This document shows positions 57,795-64,000 of a stretch of DNA of 64,000 nucleotides, one piece after another. Under the pieces are notes generated by a model. It saw only the letters and a list, made by a program, of their open reading frames with translations. It had not been told where the DNA came from and made no database searches. Numbering within the stretch: the first letter of the stretch is position 1; the number at the start of each line of letters is the position of its first letter. Source of the stretch: an uncultured Dehalococcoidia bacterium (lineage in GTDB: Bacteria; Chloroflexota; Dehalococcoidia; Lucifugimonadales; CAJWER01); NCBI GenBank assembly GCA_964608025.1, contig CAZSLO010000001.1, forward strand, positions 3,114-67,113. The letters run 5' to 3'. A program made the translations under genes and the position numbers.

Positions 57795-58811
57795 ATGATT
57801 TACTATATAGCCCGAAGAATTATTCTATCCCTATTCACAATTTGGATTATCTCGGTCCTGGCTTTTGTGATAATACAACTGCCTGAGGGCGATGCCGCAG
57901 AAAATATAATCAATGACCTGATGGCAGGAGGAGGAGTTCACGGACACGTTGGTAATCCAGAACTACTGGACCACTTGCGGGATTACCTCGATCTCGACAA
58001 GCCTTCTTACGTCCGATATTCCAATTGGATCTGGCGAATGTTTCACGGTGATCTTGGATTTGCGGCCTCCGTGGGAGAAAACGATGGCTACCACGGTTCA
58101 ATGAAGAGAATAATTGGTGATCGACTTTTGTTAACAGTTGCCTTGACCGGATTTACCATAGTTATCACATGGGTTTTTGCAATCCCTGTCGGTATCTATT
58201 CCGCTGTCAGGAAAAACTCGATAGGAGATTACACATTTACCTTGCTAGGATTCACAGGCCTCGCGGTTCCAGACTTCCTTCTTGGGCTAGTCCTGATGTA
58301 CGTGGCATATGCATACTTTGACCAGAGTGTCGGGGGCCTTTTCTCCGCCGATTACATCAATGCAGACTGGAGCCTGGCAAAAGTCTACGACCTGACCAAG
58401 CATCTTTGGATACCCGCCATAGTCCTGGGAACATCCGGTACAGCAGGTTTGATTCGAGTGATGCGAAACAATCTACTTGACGAACTTGCAAAACCCTATG
58501 TCATCACTGCCCGTGCCAAGGGATTGGCATCCGTCAGACTGATTACCAAGTATCCAGTTCGGGTAGCTCTGAATCCGCTGATTAGTACAGTTGGATACTT
58601 GTTACCTTCGCTCGTTAGCGGCAGCGTAATTGTCTCGGTAGTTCTTAGCTTACCAACACTCGGACCTATTCTTCTAACGGCGATACTTCGTGAAGATACG
58701 AATGTCGCTGGTTTCATAGTGTTGATGTTGGGCATACTGACCGTGCTAGGGACACTAATTTCAGATCTACTCCTGGCCCTAGTAGACCCTAGGATTAAAC
58801 TAACCACATAG
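57795..58811 (+). CDS. Peptide/nickel ABC transporter permease (DppB/OppB type), orphan
   Basis: YIARR, GDLG, P.F.LG, ELAKPYVITARAKG, ISDLL.ALVDPRI. Confidence 0.9.
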   Translation: MIYYIARRIILSLFTIWIISVLAFVIIQLPEGDAAENIINDLMAGGGVHGHVGNPELLDHLRDYLDLDKPSYVRYSNWIWRMFHGDLGFAASVGENDGYHGSMKRIIGDRLLLTVALTGFTIVITWVFAIPVGIYSAVRKNSIGDYTFTLLGFTGLAVPDFLLGLVLMYVAYAYFDQSVGGLFSADYINADWSLAKVYDLTKHLWIPAIVLGTSGTAGLIRVMRNNLLDELAKPYVITARAKGLASVRLITKYPVRVALNPLISTVGYLLPSLVSGSVIVSVVLSLPTLGPILLTAILREDTNVAGFIVLMLGILTVLGTLISDLLLALVDPRIKLTT

Positions 58812-58833
58812 ACAACCCTGATCCCTTAATTCT

Positions 58834-59127
58834 TTAGACAATTTCGCTAACTATGTATTCGCCATCTGTCCAAGTTGGTTCGCATGTTAAATGCTCCATC
58901 ATACTTAGAAATTGTTCGTGTTGTTCAGGTCGACTGGCGTTCTCACGATATTTTTCTTTGTTTTCAACTACTGCCACTCCAATCCAGTCCGATTTGGTTT
59001 CATCCGGTTTTAATACGAACCATGCCACGCCTCCATCCGGTATATTTTGACTATTTAGTATTGATAGGAGGTCGTCTTCATGCCCAGGCTTTACACTTAA
59101 ATTAAATATTGTTCCGTACATATACAC
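58834..59127 (-). CDS. Dimeric alpha-beta barrel (ABM-like) protein
   Basis: MYGTIFNLSVKPGHE...YRENASRPEQH.....M...L..EP.W.DGE. Confidence 0.6.
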   Translation of the reverse strand: MYMYGTIFNLSVKPGHEDDLLSILNSQNIPDGGVAWFVLKPDETKSDWIGVAVVENKEKYRENASRPEQHEQFLSMMEHLTCEPTWTDGEYIVSEIV

Positions 59128-59332
59128 TCCCTATCGGTAACTATTTTAGTTTTGTATTTTATTGTCTGTCCTAATATGGGGCCAGTGGGTGGATTATAAT
59201 CCAAGATGGCAATTGGGGTTTAGTATTTCAAAGGTTTATTACAGTACTACTCCAGGAACTTGGGGGTAGAGCGATAACTATGTGTGCTGCCTGATGTTGG
59301 GGCTACATAGACTCTAGGGGAATGCTACAGGG

Positions 59333-60106
59333 CTAGCAGAATCTAATATCTAGTTCGCAGGCACGCTTCTTGTCAGCGATGGCATTGGTTTTCTGTCCTA
59401 GTTCGTCGTACAAAATACCTCTGGAGTGGTAGGCCATTGCATTCTGGGGATCGATACGGATAGTTTCGCTGTAGTCCTGTATTGCCTTATCGTAATGTTC
59501 TAAGTGGCGGTAGGTAACAGCTCTACTGTAGTAGGCCTTTGTATACTGGGGATCGAGACGTATGGCTTCATCGAAGTCCTGTATGGCAAGCTCGGATAGG
59601 CCTAGAACATTGTACGAAACACCCCTGTTGTAATAGGCTTTTGTATACTGGGGATCGAGACGGATGGCTTCATCGAAGTCCTGTACGGCAAGATCGGATT
59701 CACCTAGAACATTGTACGAAATACCCCTACCAAGGTATGTATTTGGTTGGGGATCGAAGCGGATAGCTTCGGTATAGTCTTGCACCGACTTATCGTACTG
59801 GCCTATGTGGGAATATGTCAGACCCCTATTGTAGTACGCCTTTGCATACTGGGGATCGAGGCGTATAGCCTCGTTGTAATTAGCTATAGCTTTTTGATAT
59901 TCACCTTTCATTGAGTCCTTATAGGCTTTCTCCATATATTGTTGTGATGTCAGGCTAGAGAGGGTATTGGAAGATGGAGTAGCTGTGGACGGGATTTGAG
60001 TGGGTTCAGGTGTGGAAGTTGGAGTCTTGGCAGAGGTGTCACACGCTGTTGTTATCAAGGCAAGCAGTAGGGACGCTAGTATTATCTGTCTAATAAAAGA
60101 GGCCAT
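59333..60106 (-). CDS. TPR-repeat lipoprotein
   Basis: Lipobox TTAC, Thr/Pro linker, about 6 TPRs (AI.D..EAIRLDPQY.KAYYNRG); TATAAT 7 nt before the ATG suggests a leaderless mRNA. Confidence 0.88.
   Translation of the reverse strand: MASFIRQIILASLLLALITTACDTSAKTPTSTPEPTQIPSTATPSSNTLSSLTSQQYMEKAYKDSMKGEYQKAIANYNEAIRLDPQYAKAYYNRGLTYSHIGQYDKSVQDYTEAIRFDPQPNTYLGRGISYNVLGESDLAVQDFDEAIRLDPQYTKAYYNRGVSYNVLGLSELAIQDFDEAIRLDPQYTKAYYSRAVTYRHLEHYDKAIQDYSETIRIDPQNAMAYHSRGILYDELGQKTNAIADKKRACELDIRFC
59525..59728. repeat. Near-identical 102-bp tandem duplication (two TPR units)
   Basis: TTGTATACTGGGGATCGAGACG at 59539 and 59641; CTAGAACATTGTACGAAA recurs at the same 102-bp offset. Confidence 0.85.
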
Positions 60107-60136
60107 TTGGTGAATTATAAGTCAGTCTGTCAATAA

Positions 60137-60163
60137 AGAGGCCTTTTAAGTTAAAAGGCCTCT
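60137..60163. promoter_or_regulatory. Perfect 13-1-13 palindrome in a divergent intergenic region
   Basis: AGAGGCCTTTTAA-G-TTAAAAGGCCTCT. Confidence 0.5.
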
Positions 60164-60481
60164 CAGGGCTTCACTTACTAATAAACATATAGCCTTAAGA
60201 CTTATCTTTTCAACAACCGCTTTGTTGCGAAACAAATCCGACCCACCTATTTATTCACCGTGGTCACTAATTTAAGTAAACCCATTTTGATTATCATTAT
60301 TGTTGGGCATTAGTTTTCTATAACAATGAGTAGCTAGATAAAAGGATTTAAATGGTTTTCGTATAATCCAGAGACTTTAAATGCGGTTGTCGTATCATCG
60401 ATGACGTTTCTGATATCGAAATGATAAACTCGTAGGTATTGCAGAAAGCTACCTGCAGAAATTGAAAGGATGGTGTAGGCA

Positions 60482-61672
60482 ATGAAACTATCGAAGTCGG
60501 TTGTTTTGTTAATGTTGACAATAGTTTTGGTCTGTCTGGCAATCTCATGTGGAGGTGGAGGCCAGTCGGTGAAAATTGGACTTTTGAGCCCCCAGACTGG
60601 ACCGATTTCACAGTACGCTCCCGGGTTCGAGGATGCGGGTAAGATAGCTATATCGGAACTCAACGTCACTCATGACGGAGATTTCGTGTTTGAACTAATT
60701 GTTATTGACTCTGGCTGTGATGGTACGCAAGCAGCAACAGGTGCCCAAACGCTTATTGACAGCGGCGTGTCTGCAATAGTGGGAGCTGCCTGTTCGGGTG
60801 CGACGCTTGGTGCAATCGCGGTTGCTGCTCCAGCGGGAGTCCCGATGATATCTTACGCCAGTACCGGTCCTGCAATTACCACTGCAGATGATGATGGCCA
60901 CCTCTTCCGCGTCGTTCCAAGCGATGCTCAGCAGGCTGTTGCACTAGTCGCGGTAGCAACTGATGCCGGTGTTACCAACCCAGCAGTGCTGTTTATGACA
61001 AATGACTACGGTGCTGGACTAGGGGATAATTTTGCAGCCAATTGGCCTGGGAGCGTATGCACGCAAGTTGGATACGATCCTGCTGAAGGGTCTTATGATG
61101 CATCGACCTTGGCACAGTCTGTTGTCGATGGTGGTTGTGATTCGGTTCTCCTGATGTCTTATGCCACGGATGGGGCGGCAATCATGGAGGCCTTGTCGTC
61201 ACAAGGCTTTACTGGAAGCATCCTTGGTGCTGACGGCGTTGCCGACGCTGCTTTCATGGAATCGTTCACAGATGTAACGGCAGTTGATGGACTGGTGGCA
61301 ACTAGACCTCGGCCGGGAACAACATCCGATATTAAGACAAACTTCGAAAATGCTTATGCAGCTGCTGGCGGTGCTGATGGAGCGATATATACCGGCGAGA
61401 CCTACGATGCGATCAAGATTGCAGCCACAGCCATTGTTTCCGATCCTGATGGAAAAAATCTTGTAGCGGCTATACAGAAGACTGGCCGGAGTTATTTTGG
61501 AGCAAGCGGTACCCACACCTTTGATGCGAATGGTGACGTACTTGGTACCGGATACGAGGTTTGTGATTTTGAAGGCACGAACTTCGCTTGCCGACGTATC
61601 TGGACGGCCGCCGATGGATTAGGCCTAAATATTGGAAGTGGCGGAAAGGCTTCGGGCGGGAAGGCTGATTAG
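60482..61672 (+). CDS. Branched-chain amino acid-type ABC substrate-binding lipoprotein (LivJ/LivK family)
   Basis: Lipobox AISC, KIGLLSPQTG, DSGCD, VGAACSG, FRVVPSD..Q, NDYG, YDA, GASG...FD.NGD. Confidence 0.9.
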   Translation: MKLSKSVVLLMLTIVLVCLAISCGGGGQSVKIGLLSPQTGPISQYAPGFEDAGKIAISELNVTHDGDFVFELIVIDSGCDGTQAATGAQTLIDSGVSAIVGAACSGATLGAIAVAAPAGVPMISYASTGPAITTADDDGHLFRVVPSDAQQAVALVAVATDAGVTNPAVLFMTNDYGAGLGDNFAANWPGSVCTQVGYDPAEGSYDASTLAQSVVDGGCDSVLLMSYATDGAAIMEALSSQGFTGSILGADGVADAAFMESFTDVTAVDGLVATRPRPGTTSDIKTNFENAYAAAGGADGAIYTGETYDAIKIAATAIVSDPDGKNLVAAIQKTGRSYFGASGTHTFDANGDVLGTGYEVCDFEGTNFACRRIWTAADGLGLNIGSGGKASGGKAD

Positions 61673-61703
61673 CAGCCCACAGAATCGAAGATCGTATTTA
61701 GAA

Positions 61704-61745
61704 AATTGGTCTGTAGTCGGCCTAAGTACCGACTACAGACCAATT
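61704..61745 (+). promoter_or_regulatory. 17-bp perfect hairpin between substrate-binding and permease genes (mRNA stabiliser or attenuator)
   Basis: AATTGGTCTGTAGTCGG-CCTAAGTA-CCGACTACAGACCAATT with no U-tract. Confidence 0.6.
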
Positions 61746-61839
61746 CACATAACCAACAGTACGAAAAACATAGCCAACAAGATGGAGAACTGCGGTTGAA
61801 CGGACGAGATTACCTTTGAACAGGATATGGTAACCCTGG

Positions 61840-64000
61840 ATGCTTAGGTCGTCATGGCTTCGTCTACTCTTATTGGGTCTATTTCTACTGTTCGACGCTT
61901 ACCTTGGGTTAATCCATAGTGCGGGTATTATTGTATGGTCTGGCTTAATCAACGGCCAGATAAAATGGCTGGCGTTATCGATTGAAATGATGGCCGGTGC
62001 CCTAGTTCTCATCCACATAATACTTAACCAGTCAAAGTCTGAGTGGAAGAACACAGTTATCATCTTCACCCCGATTCTGGTGGCGTTGATTGGGTTTAGC
62101 GTTCTCGATCTGGTGCTGACCGGACTGGACAGATCAGCCACAATTAATTTCAACCTGTCTTCAATAGGCTTGAGTGGTCTCTACTGGGCTGCCGTTTATC
62201 TGAGCATAGCAATAGGCCTGACACTCACTTATAAAGTACAGCGCTTCGCCAACTTTGCTCAGGCTGAAATGATGCTTGTTGGATCCTACGTGGCCCTCAC
62301 GTTAATGTGGTCCGATAGGTTTTTCCCGATTTCAGATGCCCCTAAGGATGGTATTCTCAACTGGGAATTGCTGATTTGGGCCGGAATTGGCGCCTTTATC
62401 GTGACTGGTATTGTCGGTCTGATTATCGACAGGTTGGTGTACGCCAGGCTTCGCGACAAAATGAGTACGCCACAGGTGATGATGATCGCTTCGCTCGGGG
62501 TCTCCATGGTGATCCGTGCTCTACTGTATATGAGATTTAGCGCGGGCACCTTCCGATTCATACCGGATCGAGACTGGAGACTCACCACATCAACATTCGA
62601 GATACCTACAGAGAGATTGCAACTCCATCTTGGTGATCGTGTTAACGCTCCTTTGATGGATTTGGCTGGAAGTGTTGATCCGTATGGCTTCGCTTATTCG
62701 AAGGTATCCCTTGTCGGAGGGATATTTGGAGTAGTCATACTACTATTGATTCTTTTGTATCGGACCCGTCTTGGCAGGCAGATGCGTGCAGTGGCTGATA
62801 ATTCAGATCTTGCTGCATCCAGTGGGATTCACGTTGCACGTGTCCACGGGAGCACCGCGTTTCTCTCATCTGGAATCGCTGGACTTGGTGGCGCACTACT
62901 CGCAGCGATCCTACCAATCAATCCCGAACTAGGCCTGGCGTTGTTATTGCCGGCGTTTGCTGTCATCGTCCTCGGTACGATTGGCTCTATACCGGGCGTA
63001 ATTATTGGTGCTCTCATCGTGGGCCTTTTACGAGCCGTATCGGAGCCAGTGTTGATCGGTGTTGGAAACGCGTTGGATCGTCCCACCGCTGGTGGCTTTG
63101 CCGAAGTTATGCCTTTTATTTTCCTTGTTGGATTACTGCTGTTAGCACCTCGTGGCATGGGGGCTGCTATTCATATTTGGAATATAGAGCGGATTAGAAA
63201 GAAGCGATTGGCTCAACAAAACACGAATATTTCCATATCCAGAGAGATTGTTGGTCCACTTAGCCACCTGGCAGAAATGATGACGCTGGGAACAGTTTAT
63301 ATAGAACGAATCAATGAACTGAAAGACAAGACAATAGAGGGACTGGCAAATAGTATTGAGTCTGTATCGGCACTACCAACAACTTATTTAATCGATCTAT
63401 TAGAAGCGCCAAGATCAGTTGGTGCGGCGACTTCTTTATTTATCTCAGAATTACGTATGCGCCTGCTTGGTAGGATACGAATTGCCCGTGATACCGAGCG
63501 GGGATCGTGGGTAATGTTCACGATTCTTTTTCTGATGCTGGTCGTAGTAGTCTGGCTCCTTCCCAGCGTTAGTAATCTTACTAAGACTTTGCAGGTCGCA
63601 CGCATCGTTACACTCGTGGGCATTTTCTCTTTGGCTTGTTTTTCACTTAATCTCCATACAGGCGTAACTGGGATGACTAATTTTGGAGTTATATTTTTCG
63701 TCGGTATCGGCGCGGTTACCGTGGGGTTGCTATCCGCCCCAGTCGCGACTCATGGGTATGGCTGGAATCCGTGGGTGGCTATAATTGTTGCAGTCTTTAT
63801 ATCGGCCGCGGCTGGCTGGTTAATCGCATACCCGACAGCCAGGCTACGGATGGATTACTTCGCCATAGTAACGATTGCACTTGGTGAAATGCTTAGGATT
63901 TCTCTTCAGGCTGAGCCATTACTCCGTGCCGGTGCAGTCACCTCGGCGATCGGGATATCACAATATTCTCGGCCGTTGGAAAATTGGTGGGAGAATGGGC
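61840..64000 (+). CDS. Fused LivH-LivM branched-chain amino acid ABC permease, 5' part (runs off the window edge)
   Basis: Open frame from ATG 61840; LivH motifs GLTLTY...FANFAQAE and RTRLGRQMRAVADN..LA..SGI; LivM motifs LNLHTG.TG..NFG and RLR.DYFAIVTIALGE in the same frame. Confidence 0.85.
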   Translation, partial: MLRSSWLRLLLLGLFLLFDAYLGLIHSAGIIVWSGLINGQIKWLALSIEMMAGALVLIHIILNQSKSEWKNTVIIFTPILVALIGFSVLDLVLTGLDRSATINFNLSSIGLSGLYWAAVYLSIAIGLTLTYKVQRFANFAQAEMMLVGSYVALTLMWSDRFFPISDAPKDGILNWELLIWAGIGAFIVTGIVGLIIDRLVYARLRDKMSTPQVMMIASLGVSMVIRALLYMRFSAGTFRFIPDRDWRLTTSTFEIPTERLQLHLGDRVNAPLMDLAGSVDPYGFAYSKVSLVGGIFGVVILLLILLYRTRLGRQMRAVADNSDLAASSGIHVARVHGSTAFLSSGIAGLGGALLAAILPINPELGLALLLPAFAVIVLGTIGSIPGVIIGALIVGLLRAVSEPVLIGVGNALDRPTAGGFAEVMPFIFLVGLLLLAPRGMGAAIHIWNIERIRKKRLAQQNTNISISREIVGPLSHLAEMMTLGTVYIERINELKDKTIEGLANSIESVSALPTTYLIDLLEAPRSVGAATSLFISELRMRLLGRIRIARDTERGSWVMFTILFLMLVVVVWLLPSVSNLTKTLQVARIVTLVGIFSLACFSLNLHTGVTGMTNFGVIFFVGIGAVTVGLLSAPVATHGYGWNPWVAIIVAVFISAAAGWLIAYPTARLRMDYFAIVTIALGEMLRISLQAEPLLRAGAVTSAIGISQYSRPLENWWENG

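Noticed and set aside
59440..59880. Recurring TACTGGGGATCGA motif as a CRISPR array
   Set aside because: The 99-102-bp period and similar intervening sequence are explained by TPR coding repeats; there are no unique spacers and no cas genes.
308..63623. Numerous 60-160-aa ORFs antisense to or nested in confidently assigned genes
   Set aside because: They overlap genes with clear family motifs, lack SDs or motifs, and are expected by chance.

Overview
A 64-kb, gene-dense chromosomal window with no integrase, transposase, prophage or CRISPR array. Gene content suggests a marine Chloroflexota (Dehalococcoidia/SAR202-like) genome; this is inference from sodN, enolase-superfamily, aldo/keto reductase, Gfo/Idh/MocA and GHL10-like paralogs plus Gram-positive-type LexA boxes. 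Housekeeping genes: holA (partial), selB, hemW, tRNA-Leu(TAG), rsmG, ilvD, secDF, a CCA-adding enzyme, def, mutL, pyrD, panE, trmI, citrate synthase and rex. Also present are catabolic hydrolases and oxidoreductases, a nurA/HAS-barrel/herA operon and a branched-chain-type ABC locus with a fused LivH-LivM permease. The strongest signals not explained by the ORF track are four. (1) A His-rich membrane-targeted leader ORF (46437-46814) ends in PPEKPPP, and its last three Pro codons are complementary to the Shine-Dalgarno of a downstream metal/cupredoxin operon; this is a candidate His-based metal-sensing ribosome-stalling switch. (2) A free-standing ~150-nt structured non-coding transcript (~31953-32104) has a promoter carrying two LexA-type boxes; this is a candidate SOS sRNA. 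(3) A selenocysteine peroxiredoxin (41169-41684) has an in-frame TGA and a SECIS-like hairpin. (4) An uncalled 43-aa very basic protein lies at 55686-55817. All functional calls rest on motif recognition by eye; no database searches were run.
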